A DNA stretch of 64,000 nucleotides. Origin: Octopus sinensis. Its lineage: Eukaryota. The position numbers were made by a program, and so were the translations under genes. The notes beneath the pieces are model-generated. The model was not told where the DNA came from. It worked only from the letters and a program-made list of their open reading frames with translations, and did no database searches. This document shows, one piece after another, positions 51,165 through 64,000 of this stretch. Each line of letters begins with the position of its first letter. The stretch's first letter is position 1. The stretch lies in contig NC_043006.1 in the NCBI RefSeq assembly GCF_006345805.1, positions 72,230,001-72,294,000 of the forward strand. Direction: 5' to 3'.

Positions 51165-51623
51165 CCAACAATGTACTACCACACTATATTTATCTATCTA
51201 TATATCAGGAGCGACTGTGTGGTAGGTAGCTTGCTTACCAACTACATGGTTCCAGGTTAATTCCCACTGCGTGGCACCTTGGGCAAGTATCTTCTACTAT
51301 AGCCTCTGGCCGACCAAAGCCTTGTGAGTGGATTTGGGAGACGGAAACCGAAAGAAACCCGTCGTATATATGTATATATATATATATATATATGTGTGTG
51401 TATGTGTGTGTATATATGTTTGTGTGTCTGTGTTTGTCCCCCCAAACATCGCTTGACAACTGATGGTGGTGTGTTTACGTCCCCGTTACTTAGCAGTTCG
51501 GCAAAAGAAACCGATAGAATAAGTACTAGGCTTCCAAAGAATAAGTCCTGGGGTCGATTTGCGCGACTAAAGGCGGTGCTACAACATGGCCACAGTCAAA
51601 TATGACTGAAACAAGTAAAAGAG

Positions 51624-51625
<2 letters not shown>
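51165..51625 (+). mobile_element. Full family B SINE followed by (TCTA)n(TGTC)n
   Basis: caggagcgactgtgtggtaggtagc...atgactgaaacaagtaaaagagt. Confidence 0.9.
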
Positions 51626-51676
<51 letters not shown>

Positions 51677-51859
51677 GTCTGTCTGCCTGTCTGTCTGTCT
51701 GTCTGTCTGTCTGTCTGCCTGTCTGTATGTATGTATGTATGTACACATTTACCCATTATTTAGACATAATGAATCATGCACTTCAATTGATAAAAGATTT
51801 GGGGCAATAGTAAAAGCAAAGGGTGACCATTTTGAATTGAAAATATGTGTAAAATACTC

Positions 51860-52275
51860 GTTTCAAATTTTGACAAAAGGCCAGAAATTGCAGGGGAGGG
51901 GGTAAGTCGATGACATCGGACCCCAGTACACAGCTGGTACTCATTTTATGAAAATATTGAAAAGTGAAGTATGAAAAGCAAAGTTGACCACGGTGGAATT
52001 TGAACTCAGAACGTAAATATAGGTAAAATATGGGAAATAGTGTCAATAGATATAATGATTAAAGTAGCGAGCTGGCAGAATCGTTAACACGTCGGGCAAA
52101 ATGATTAGCAGCATTTCATCCGTCTTTACGTTCTGAGTTCAAATTCCGCCCAGGTCGACTTTGACTTTCATCCTCTCGGAATCAATAAAATAAGTGCCAT
52201 TTAATCAATGGATTCTATGTAATCGACTTACCTCTCCCCTGAAATTTCTTGCCTTGTGCCAAAATTTGAAATCAA
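51860..52275. mobile_element. Head-to-head inverted pair of family A SINEs
   Basis: Minus copy at about 51860-52020, plus copy at about 52063-52275. Confidence 0.85.
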
Positions 52276-53358
52276 TTAATCTATCAATCGATTGGTAAAG
52301 TTTCATTAACCAAAATCTAAAGCTTTTTATTTTATAATAAAGTTAATATTGGGCAAAATGTACCCGGTACATACCTGTACTCGGTACATTCATACATGTA
52401 TATACACACATTCATATTTATTCGTATATAAATATGTCGTTTTTGTATCGTTTTGTATCCCTAGACACAACTCTGTGTATGTGTGTATGAGAGAGCGCGA
52501 GTGTGTATGTGTATGTGTTTGTGTGTACAGACGCAGTATGGTCGAATGTTAAGAATATGCTTCATGTTATCTTGGACAAATTTAATGTTTTAGATCCTCG
52601 GATCTACCAAAACATTGTGAGTGAAATTGGATTGGCGGAAACTGTACAGAAGCTGTCAGGTGGATTCTATCTGAAAGTTCAAAAACGCAGCTTTGTCATA
52701 CCTTGTGTCACCCTGATTCTGCTTCAGAATTACGAGAAGTGTATACGTTTCGGTGGAATTCTCCAACATTTACACGAGCACTTAATCCAGGAACATGTAA
52801 ACTAGTTGATCAAATAAGTGAATCCTTATCGTCGCAACGTCGGAGATACACCTCCATGCATGCATGCATACATACATACAAACATACATACATACATACA
52901 TACATACATACATACATACATACATACATACATACATACACATATAGATATTTACTTTTAAGACATAAGAATTTATAAACTTTCGAGGGAACATGAGATA
53001 ATTATGTTTTTGGAACAGTGAATCTCGAAATATGTTATTATTCATCATGGCTTTAAGGTGCTTCGAGATCGACTGTTCCAAAAAAAAAAAAAAAAGATTA
53101 TTTCATATTCTCTCGAAATCTAATAAATCCTTGTGACGTAAACAACATACAATTCTCACTACTAAGAATAAAGTTTCTAAAACAGAGAGAAAGCTGCGAA
53201 AGTTTACGTTGGTTCAATGATAGATTGTTTGTCGTGTCAACGGACGATGTGGGTTCAATTTGAGTACCACGGGCAGCCTTCGAAGTTTTCTATCCCAAAT
53301 ATTTACATGCTATTATTTATAGCTGTATGTGCTTCGAGATACAACATTGCAAAAGAGA

Positions 53359-53391
<33 letters not shown>

Positions 53392-54066
53392 CACAAATGG
53401 CATTTTCTTTTCTAACAGCATAACATAAAAATAGATGGTTAAGGTGAAAATCGAATTTAATTATTTGAATTCATTTTGATGTATGTAAGACCGTCATTGC
53501 ACGTTTTACGTTCCTGTTGGCTATCAAGATCACCTTGATTTTATATAAGAGCCGTTAGTGTGAAGGTGATAATATGAATATGAAAATTACAAAAGAAGAA
53601 TTACATATACCTGCCGATTCCGACACATACCTATAAGTTTATACAGGCGCGCCCACGCACGCACACACACGGAGGAATATCAATGTGTGTGTGTGAGTTA
53701 AGTAAACATACGTGACTCTTAACAAGATATTTCACTTCGTCTAATGAATTCGAAATTACTGGAGATTAGCAATATATATATATATATATATATATACATA
53801 CACACACATACATGCACAAATACATACATACACACACGTGTATGCGCGTCTGTATGTATGTTTGTATACACACACATACACACACACACACGCACAGAAG
53901 TTTCTGCTCACATGCATTTGAAAATAAGTTCGCACATGCATGTGTGTATGCAAAAACATGCATAAATGCATACATGTATGTTTGCATACAAATATAGATA
54001 TACGTGAAAGTGTGTGTGAATGTGTGTGTAGGTGAGTGTATAGATAACAGAAAAATATTTACTTAC

Positions 54067-54108
54067 CCTGGCTCCAATACACAACAGTAACAACAGTTTT
54101 GCGGACAT
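54067..54108 (-). CDS. Possible signal-peptide first exon (MSAKLLLLLCIGAR)
   Basis: gaaaATG context, hydrophobic run, perfect AGG|GTAAGT donor; no partner exon found. Confidence 0.28.
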
Positions 54109-55619
54109 TTTCAAGTACTTAAATTAAAAACGTCAGCCTTGAATCGAATAATTTGGTGAATTGTTGATAAAATCGTACAGAAATGTTAAATGTGATTTTA
54201 GAAATCTTCGGAAGTGGTTGGTTTCAGGGAAATACGTTTAGCAAAGAGCTTGGTTAGCGTGACATTAGCTTCAGTGACTGCATTGAGAAGTGTGTTTATA
54301 TTATATTGGTTTCACTGTTACAGGATGTTGAAATCGTCCCAGCGTTTCTAAGGAATTAGAGGGGTTGTGCGTGTGTACGAGTGTGTGTGTGTATGTGTGT
54401 GTGTGTTTCCGTGCCAGTGTATAAAGTGGTGTATGTTTGTATGCGTGTATGTGCTCACTAATGTGTAAGTTGATGTATGTAAATAGAAAGAGCCTTTATA
54501 CCCAACCCACTGCAAGAATCGTTTAGTAGAATGGCCCAGTGAAAGTGAAATGAAGTCAGCTGCTGGAAATGTGATGACAGAATGATGGGTGATAGCTAGA
54601 GAAAGAATGTGTACGATGTAAGAATTGTCAGATACCGATTTGCCAGCTTATCATCAGCTAACAGTAACGCATTTCGAGATGTGTGTTCACTGCGGAAAGC
54701 GATGAGTACAAAGAAGCGGTTTCAAATTCCATCTTATCAAGCCGAAAGTAACATAAAAGAAAACATCACCAAACTTTAACATGTAGTTACAATACCAACA
54801 TGTAAAAGTTTTTTTTTTTGTCTTTTTCTGTTTTCTTCTTTGAAAATAGTTTATAAGGTTATTTAATTTTACCCAACAGATTTTTTAAAAAAGATTGCAA
54901 AAGTTTTATTTCTTAGAAAACGAAGAAACGAACCGAGTCTCTAATTTCTTGCATCTGTTTATCTAAGAGAGTATTGTCCCATTTATTTTGTAAATCTTTT
55001 AAATGCTTTTCCTCTCGCCCCCAGTTTATCTGCTCGAATCCCCACCCTAGTTATATCTAAATTTCACTACTTTTGACATACAGACATCCCTTTAGTCTCT
55101 CTCTCCCTCCCCCCTCTCTCCCCTCTCTCTCTCTGTCTCTGACTCTGTCTCACTCTCTCTCTCTATGAGATCACTACAACACCCAACACCCAGACATCGC
55201 GACACCACTGCCGTCACCACCATGGCAAATTTCATAACAAATTACTTCCACGTTTTTCTCCACACCCGACCCGACTCCCAAAGTAAATAAAGGTCGTGGG
55301 GTGAGAGGGGAGAAGAGAAGGGACAGATCTAAAATAAGGATACCAACAAGGAACCTATAGAATATTTAGTTTCCACGCCATTAGAGTTAGTCAAAGAACT
55401 TATTACACACACATACACACACATATACAAACGTATACATATGTAAAACCACACACGTATGCATGCATCCATTCACCTAGACAGACTACATATATACACA
55501 AACACTTATCTTTATATACATATACAAACGCCCACATACATGACATTATACACACACACACGCGCGCGCGCGCGCACACAATAAGCAAAATTGTTTTGTC
55601 TTATTACATACTCTTTGAT

Positions 55620-55832
55620 GGTTTCAAATTTTGGCACGAGGCCAGCAATATCGGGGGAGGGGGCAGGTCGATTACATCGACCCCAGTGCTCAACTGGTAC
55701 TTATTTTATCGATCCTGAATGGATGAAAAGCAAAGTCGACCTCGGTGGAATTTGAACTCAGAACGTAAAGACGGACGAAATGCCGCTAAGCATTTTGCCT
55801 GGTGTGCTAACGTCTCTGCCAGCTCGCTGTCT
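55620..55832 (-). mobile_element. Family A SINE
   Basis: Near-consensus copy. Confidence 0.9.
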
Positions 55833-55979
55833 TCCTTCAATGGAAATATTTCTATGAATGTATTTGGACTTTCAGGTGCATAGTCCTGTTAAATTTAACT
55901 AATAATCATGTGACCTGATAGCCGGTTCCCCAGTTGGAGACTTATTGTGAGTTCTGCTTGGTTCCCGAATCCAATATCT

Positions 55980-56400
55980 GCTACACGCACACGCACACGC
56001 ACACACACTCGCTCACGCACACACACACACACACACACGCACACACACACACACACGCACACACACACACACACACACACAAACATATATATACACACAC
56101 ACACACGTGTATACCCATACGCACACACATACATATATAGATAGACATTCATCTATATGCTTATATAAGTATTCATATGCAGCAAATGCCGTTTAATTAT
56201 ATTAGATTATGCTTACATATTCCTTTGTGTGTATGTGCGGACGTGTGTGTGTGTGTTTGTGCCCATGCATGTGAATGTGTGTGCATGTGTGTGTATGTGT
56301 GTGTATGTGTACGTTTGTATGTGTGTGTGTATGAGTGCGTGTGCGTGCATGTGTGTGTGTGTGGTGTGTGTGTGTATGTGCGTGCGTGTGTGCGTGTGTA
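55980..56400. repeat. (CA)n block facing a (TG)n block
   Basis: Direct read. Confidence 0.93.
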
Positions 56401-57520
56401 TATTGCTTGTATACATATATTCTTTAATTTGAGTCATCATGGCTAAAGCCATCCCGGAACTCCGTATATCATTTATATTATTAATACTGATATTACTCTC
56501 CTTCACGACATCTGAAAAAGGTCAGTCAAGTTAAATGGATTGTGGTTATGTCTTCTTTTTGATTGACAAACCAGCAGATGAAAACGAGAAGACTGTGTTA
56601 GCATCGCGGTCAGAAAAATAAAAAAAAACCGTAATGATAAACTGAATGAATTGTCCATCATTGTCAATAACTGAATTATTAAAAAAAGATATTGAAGAAA
56701 TACACAATCGTTGTCTTCATCTGATCTTTATAGCACTAAAGACTTGAGTGAGGCTATATTTTGGACGTTTCACTACCTTGTACGTGTTAAGCTAGAAAAG
56801 AAAAATGCATAGACCAAATGACACGGGAATTCTATTGTCAAACTACGACAGCCTTTAATATTGGCTTTGCATTGTGAATCACTTATTTATTCACTTCCTA
56901 ATGGTCTATCAATAAATTTCAAATAAAACGTCCATACATTTTCTGTTGATATTTTAGGTTCAACGTCACGTGAACAGAGAAAGATGGCTTTACTGAAATT
57001 AATTAAGAGATATCTAAGCACTTAGACATTCAGCATAGATTGCTCCAGAAATTGATTAATTCTAATTTATCGTAAAAGGAATGTTTGATAACAGAAGAAT
57101 TGCTTAAGCATCATTAGTCTTTGTTGCAGAGAGAATTGAAGAACTCGAAGAACACGTGGTGGTTGACAGCATTCACAGATATTCAAATAGCTTTTGTTAA
57201 AATGGATTCCAAAACAATGTACAGCTTGCTAAAATAGACGTTTGGTCGTCTGCTCATCTCTGATCTTAAGACGAGGCCATTTTAAAGCGACGAAGTAGCA
57301 ACAAACAAACGAAATAACATAACAATAGAAGAACTTGTCTCTAGCCAGGTGCATAGCAGAGAAATTTGCATATAAATTGTAACATGCACAAGTTTTTGTG
57401 CATGTTCTAAGCATGAACAAAAGTAAAAGTGATGTAATATTCATCATATTCACAGACAATGAATAGAGGCAAAAAATATATTGCAACCAAATACCAATAA
57501 TAGATAAAAAGAAAATGTAG

Positions 57521-57527
<7 letters not shown>

Positions 57528-57552
<25 letters not shown>

Positions 57553-57865
57553 TATTTTATTATTATTATTATTATTATCGTTATTATTATTGTTGTTGTT
57601 GTTGTTGTGTTGTTGTTGTTGTTGTTATTAGAATGAATATTATTATTAAGGCGGTGGGTTGGCAGAATCGTTAGTACGCCGGCCAAAATGCTTAGCGGAT
57701 TTCGTCTGCTGCTACGTTCTGAGTTCAAATTCCGCCGAGGTCGACTTTGCCTTTCATTCTATCAGGGTCGATGAAATAAGTACCCGTTACGCACTGGGGT
57801 CGATGTAATCGACTAGTCCTAGTCCCACAAATGAGGCCTTGTGCATCCAGTATTAAGGATTATTA

Positions 57866-57896
<31 letters not shown>

Positions 57897-57996
57897 CATC
57901 GTCATCATCATCATCATCATCGCCATCATCGCCATCACCGCCATCATCATCATCATCATCACCATTATTATTATTATTATTTTATTATTATTATTA

Positions 57997-58072
<76 letters not shown>

Positions 58073-58100
58073 TACTACTATTATTATCGTTATTATTTTA
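57528..58100. repeat. (TTA)n/(TTG)n/(CAT)n tracts with a family A SINE (+) at 57648-57850
   Basis: Direct read. Confidence 0.93.
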
Positions 58101-61100
58101 TAATTGCCTTTGCACAGCTTCTAACGCTGGAGATGTACTGCGGTGTCAGCTGTTCACTACCAGTGAACTAAGGTAACACCTCTTATTTTTCGAGAACCTT
58201 CCGGAGTATTCTGGCGGTTCCAAGCAGTGCTATTTTCTGCGAGTGCTCCACCCTTATTGCAGCCCCTATTTCTTCCACGTACTTCTTGAGATTTTTTCTC
58301 ATTGTTCCCAGTGCTCCGACAATTATTGGTACTACTGCTACATTTTCCATCGACCACAACTGCTTAACTTCCCAAGCTAACCTGTCATATCTCTCGACTT
58401 TTCTTTCTTCCTTATCGCATACCTTGTTGTCAGTTAGGCATGCTATATCTATGATCCAGCATAGTTTGTTTTCTTTCTCAATTAAGACTATGTCTGGTTT
58501 CCTATTCTCTATCTCATGGACGCACTGAATCATAAAATCCCATAGGATCTTTGCATTTATATTTTCGACGATGCTTTCGGGTTTGTAGTCGTACCAACTT
58601 TTTGCTCTGTCAGTCCATACTTGTTGCAAAGTGTCCAGTAGACAATGCTGGCTATATTGTTGTGGCGTCTCTTATATTCTTTCTGGGTTAGTGGCGTACA
58701 TTGGCTGGTAATATGCCATACGGTTTCACCATTTTGTCCACAAATTCTGCACTTATCATTTTCTGATGTGTTGTCTATTCTATATTTTATGTAGTTTGTT
58801 CTTAGTGTTTGCTCTTGGGCAGCATAGATTAGAGCCTCCGTTTCTGGTTTTAAATCACTTTTAGTCATCCACAGCCATCTTTTTTCTCTGTCTTATCTTC
58901 AACATCCCTATGAAATTGACCATGCATTCTTTTCTTTACCCACCTATTTTCAGTTTCATTCGTTTTCAGTTTCTTTTATAGTGCTTAATCTTTGCAAACT
59001 TTCATCCTCCACAATACTGACCTTCTTACTTCTAATAATAGCGGTTCTGTGCCATTTTTACAGACCATGCTATTTTGTTTTCTTCTCTAATGCTGTGTTC
59101 GCATCCAATAAGTCTTCTTCCCCCGCTTTTTCTTGGTACATACAGTCTGTTTGTGTCACTTTTGGGTGGAGTGTCTCATATCTAGTTAGCAACTTCCTTG
59201 TCTTTCTGTCTAAGCTGTTTAGTTCGTCTAATGTCCATGCGATTACCCCTGCTCCATATCTAAGGGGTGAAATCGCCCAGGTGTCGATAGCTTCAATCTG
59301 ATTCCGTTCGTTTAATTTTCGACTTAAGGATTAGTCTCAATCTGCGCAAGTACTCCACCTTAAATTTTTCTGTCATTTCTTTCCTCATCAATTTATCCAT
59401 TTCCAAAATCCCCAAGTATTTATAGCCCGTCTATTCTATCTGCTTTATAACCTACCCCGACGGTATCGTTAGCCCGTCCATACATTTGATTTTGCCTCTC
59501 TTCAAGACTAACACACCGCACTTTCTCATTCCAAACTCCATTCTGACATCAGCACTGAAGGTATACACCGTATCAACGAGGGAACTGGCTTGGGATTCAT
59601 CTTTACCATAAAGTTTCAGGCCGTCCATGAATAACAAATGGTTGACTTTTTGTTGGAGGCTTTTGAATACATACCCAGCTTTTGCTTTCCTCAAAATCAG
59701 TGTTAGTGGTATCAAGCACAGTACAAAGATCAATGGGGACAGGAAGTCCCCTTGGAAGATGCACCTCCTAATTTCTACAGTCCCTAAACTTCTTCCATAT
59801 GCTGTCAGGTCCGTCCTCTAATTGACCATACTTTTTCCAAGCAATCGCTCAACATTCGATACAATACTAAATAGGTTCATACATTCCATAATCCAAGAAT
59901 GTGGGATCATACCGTACGCCTTACGATAGTCGATCCATGACATGGCTAAGTTACTTTCCTACACTTGCAGTCTCTAAGTACAGTTTTGTCTATCAGGAGT
60001 TGATTCTTAGTACCTCTGCACTTACGCTTGCAACCCTTCTGCTCATGTGGCAGGACTCCATTTTTTTCCAGAAGTTCGTACATTAACTCTGCGAGTATTC
60101 CAGTCAATAACTTCCACCTAAGTGGCAAGCAGGATATCGGCTTGTAATTGTTTACCGTATTGCCTTTTTCGATGTTTTTCAGGCACAGCACTCTCCTACC
60201 CAATGTCAACCACTCTGGTGTTACTTGGTCGCCATTTAACGAGGTATTGAGTTGCGCAGCTATCTGTGCATGACATTCACCAAATCTTTTGATCCAGTAG
60301 CCTTGAACTCCATCTGGTCCCGGGGCCTTCCAGTTGCTCATTTTTTTGCTGATTCCCTAACTGAAATGACTAGTTCTGCCTGTTTTGGGACAGACTACTG
60401 TTTGTTTCAGTTCTTGCGATCATTCAGCATCCTTCTTGTGCTCCTTGTCTTTGCTCCAGATGTCACTCCAAAGCCTTTGACTTTCATTGTTATCTGGTGT
60501 CAACTTTTCATCTGTACACTCTCCATGTGTTTCTTTATAGAATCTCTTCTGATCTACTCTGAATAACCTATTCTGGTGATAACCTTTCATTCTTTGGTCG
60601 TAACTTACCATCTTTGCTTTCTTTGCAACGAGGTGTTGTTTCAGTTTCTCTATCACCACTTTCAGGCCCTTTCTTTCGATATTATACTTCCTTTTCAGCG
60701 CCCTGTATTTTTGTTCGCTTTTACGCTCCCCTTTCTCTTTTCGGTCTAACACAGAAATGTCCTTCGAGAGCAAGTCTAACCCTGCCTGTATTCTTCTTTT
60801 CCACCATGGATCTTTTCTTTTGTCACTCCCATTATGTTTCTTTTTCTTGACATCAACACCCACGTTTTCTGCTACAACAATGCTTGCTGCCTTGATCAAA
60901 TTATTTGTTTCTGTGATGTTGCTTGTTCTGATGTATTTCAAAATTTCATTGACATTTTTCGTTTCTTGGTTCGATTTCCATCGATCAACCTTTTTAAGGT
61001 TGCAAATAATGTCGCTATCGTTCTCCTGTAGTCTTGCCTTTATTGTGTCGTAGATTGTCTTTTGTTCATCTGTCATGTTGCCATTAGTTTTATTGTCTTT

Positions 61101-61687
61101 TTTTTTAGATCATCTATATGTCTCTCATCAAGTAAACTACCACTGCTCCATTCCTGTGCTATGCTTTTTAGTAAGAACTGTATTTTCATCGTTATCTCTG
61201 CTGCTATTTTCCAAGACGCGTCTTTTGATAGCTTTGAGCTCTACTTCTGCGAACCAACGATTTTTTCTCATTGCTCTAGCTTGATCCCATAGTCTCTCTT
61301 CCGTGAGTTGAAACAATCGCTTTTCTCTCCAATGATCATACATACGTTGTCGGTAACCCCTAATTTGAGCACCATTTTCATCTACCGGGCTGCTCAGGTT
61401 GTAACACTCCATGACCAGAGCATTAATTTGCTTGCACCATCTACGCCGTGTGTGGTGGTCCCTTTCTGGATGTCGACAGGCTGGAGCCGGACCAGAATCT
61501 CAGAGCCTGTCGGGTAGAACACTGTCACCATCATTGGCTTCAGTTTCATTACCACCGTTATTCACAATATTTTATTTTTTCATTGTCACTCATATGAGGT
61601 AGCGATTATCAGGTTGCGCAATTACCAGTGTTTTTATTGCGACACCATCACTAGATATATCCTTAATCAGTCTACCCGTTCCCTTTC
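58100..61687 (-). mobile_element. Near-full-length R4/Dong-clade RLE retrotransposon (inactive)
   Basis: N-terminal RRRW...VMECY...GYRQRM..W; [16 protein letters not shown]; NYKPISCLP; IDYRKAY; IFQGD; HLLFMDGLKLY; CRIC..ETVWHITSQC; RKPDIVL..IIDIA; VVPIIVGALG..ILRKVLEK*. Several stops and frameshifts. Confidence 0.95.
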
Positions 61688-61990
61688 ATTATTATTATCA
61701 TTATTGTTATTATTATCATTATTATCATCATCACCATCATCATCCTCATCATCATCTCTGATATCAACGATATTGTTTTCATGTGTAGTAGCAGCAGTGG
61801 TTGCAGCAACAGTAACAGTAGCAGGGGTGGAGGTAGTAGTAAGGGTGGTAGTTGGGCCTCAGATTCCTGTCCTAAATAATAGTAGTACTTGTAGTATTAG
61901 CAGCTGCAGCATATTATTATTATTATTTTTATTTTTATCATTATCACCATCATCACCATTACCATTGTTATTATCATTATTACTATTTCC
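61688..61990. repeat. Degenerate (ATT/ATC)n and (GTA/GCA)n tract
   Basis: Direct read. Confidence 0.9.
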
Positions 61991-62293
61991 ATTTATTATT
62001 AAAAGATTTTACTAAATGTTCTTTATTTTCAACTTTTGTCTTGTACTTGAGATAATCATAAATATGTAATTGTTGAATGAAATAGATGGGTAGCATCTTG
62101 GTGAATAGATCATATTCTACAGGTCTATAAATAGATTCGGCAGATAGTGGGGCGGTCAGCCATAGAGACAAAAGAATCTTCGCACCCTTTGGATCAGCAG
62201 AAGTCAAATGTGTTTACTACTACCAGTGACCACTGAGAGCGCTGCCTTGAAAAGAAGCAATTCACCTGTTCTATTTATAATTACTGGTAGAAA

Positions 62294-62299
<6 letters not shown>

Positions 62300-62370
<71 letters not shown>

Positions 62371-62900
62371 TATATATATAATATATATATATATACATAC
62401 ATACATACATACATATATACATACATACATATATGTATATATATATGTGTGTGTGTGTGTATACACACATATATACTGATATTCACGTCGTTGAATTTTT
62501 GAATTTCTGAATTCATTTGTGTTGTTGCAATAAAAGGTGTGTTTACGTATTTGGCTAATAAATTAAATTTTTAAAGTTTTTTTGAGATGTTCGTTTGTCT
62601 GTCCAGTTGGAGAATTGGAGAATACTGTAGGACTTTTGCGATGAAAAGGATGTTTACACGTTCGAATACTCAAGGAGAGTCAAAAAGAAAAGAAAACGAG
62701 TTGTAGATAGTAAAGTTTTAAGATTTACTAAATATGGTCATGTATGTATGTATTCATGTATATAAGTATGTATGCATGTATGGTATAGTTTGTATGCATT
62801 CATACATGTATCCATGTACGTATGCATGCATGCATGCATACATGTACACATGTATGTATGTATGTGTGCATGTATGTGTATGTATGTATGTGTATGTATG
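62300..62900. repeat. (TA)n and degenerate (TATG/CATG)n tracts
   Basis: Direct read. Confidence 0.9.
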
Positions 62901-62904
62901 TGAC

Positions 62905-63210
62905 GGCGCATGGCTTAGTGGTTAGGGTATTCGGCTCACGATCGTAAGGTCGTGAGTTCAGTTCCCAGTGACGCGTTGAGTCCTTGAGCAAGACACTTTA
63001 TTTTACGTTGCTTCAGTCCACTCAGCTGGCAAAAATGAGTAGTACCTGTATTTCAAAGGCCCAGCCTTGTCACACGCTGAATCTCCCTGAGAGCTACGTT
63101 AAGGGTACACGTGTCTGTGGAGTGCTCAGCCACTTACACGTTATGGTCACGAGCAAGCTGTTCTGTTGATCAAATCATTTGGGACCTTCATCGTAATCGA
63201 CGGAGTGCTT
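62905..63210 (+). mobile_element. Family D SINE carrying tail type 1
   Basis: Head ggcgcatggcttagtggttaggg, core ccttgagcaagacacttt, tail gtacctgtatttcaaagg...gacggagtgct. Confidence 0.88.
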
Positions 63211-63521
63211 CTCATGTATGTGTATGTATATGTGTATGTATGTATGTATACATACATGTATGCATGTATATGTATGTATCTATGTATGCATGAGTCTATG
63301 TATGTATGTATGTATGTATGTATGTATGTATGTATGTATGTATGTATGTATGTATGTATGTATGTATGTATCAACCGGTATGTATTTATAAACAACGATG
63401 CGATACAAAAGAAAAGATTCAAAGAAATCCTTGAGAACTGCAACCGATACTCAAACCAGTAGACAAATAAAGTTTATTAAAGTTTTCAAGACTATCCTTT
63501 CCACCTTCAAATGTTCGTACG

Positions 63522-64000
63522 TTTAGCCCAACATGTCGTCTATGTAAGCAACAAAATGGAACCATCGATCATGTTGTTTCCATGTGCAGTCTTCTTTCGC
63601 CTACAGAGTATCTCAACAGGCATGATAGAGCAGCACAGTATATTCACTGGGTAATTTGCAAAGACTTGTACTTGTCCCATGATAAAAACTGGTGGGAACA
63701 CAAACCACCTCCAGTGCTTGAAAATTACCACATCTCACTCCTCTGGAACTTCACCGTTCAAACTGACAGAAAGATAGATGCGAATAGGCCAGACATTATA
63801 TTGAAGGACTTCAGACAAAAATCATGCCTCCTTATCGATATGACCGTCCCAATCGATATAAATGTTTCTGTCAAGACCTACCAAAAAGTGAGCAATTATA
63901 AAGATCTTGAAATAGAAATTGGCAAAATGTGGAACCTCAAGACTAAAACAATACCTGTTGTCGTAGGTGCCCTGGGAATGATAACAAAAGGGGCTGACTG
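63522..64000 (+). mobile_element. R4/Dong-like zinc finger + RLE domain, open frame running off the window
   Basis: SPTCRLCKQQNGTIDHVVSMC..RHDRAAQYIHW..NRPDIILKD..LLIDMTVP..IPVVVGALGMI; no stop in about 158 codons. Confidence 0.92.

Noticed and set aside
52660-52850. Open frame ILSESSKTQLCHTLCHPD... as the next exon after 43121
   Set aside because: The apparent acceptor lies in a SINE remnant, lacks a pyrimidine tract, and no good in-phase donor follows.
53173-53320. Protein-like frame EKAAKVYVGSMIDCLSCQRTMWVQFEY...
   Set aside because: Joining it to exon 43121 creates TGA and no bridging exon was found; cannot be supported.
59610-59630. FMDD>FMDG (GAC>GGC) in the Dong RT as a fossil A-to-I edit
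   Set aside because: A single transition in a copy with many other mutations; no A-to-G cluster could be shown without a consensus.

Overview
64 kb of AT-rich, microsatellite-dense metazoan DNA. The SINE families and repeat style match my recollection of Octopus genomes; the species is inferred, not verified. There are no prokaryotic systems, and most long ORFs in the track are microsatellite artefacts. The window is a graveyard of retroelements: at least 7 R4/Dong-like RLE fragments (one near full length between AAT-type repeats), 2 CRE-like fragments, 2 Tx1/L1 elements (one serially deleted), a possible ORF1-only derivative, 2 RTE fragments, an L2/CR1 remnant, and about 30 tRNA-headed SINEs built from interchangeable modules. 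It also holds mariner derivatives (including one with two 5' ends), a MITE and a solo LTR. Hidden among the repeats is a chain of short, phase-compatible plus-strand exons (about 19-41 kb) that translates to a divergent cadherin-like beta-repeat protein. Two of these exons are bracketed by inverted SINEs, making them a circRNA/editing candidate. Other oddities are a 50-bp-phased array of palindromic nuclear-receptor-like sites, a hammerhead-like motif and nested palindromes. All calls were made by eye, and TE boundaries are approximate (about +/-20 bp unless a TSD is given).
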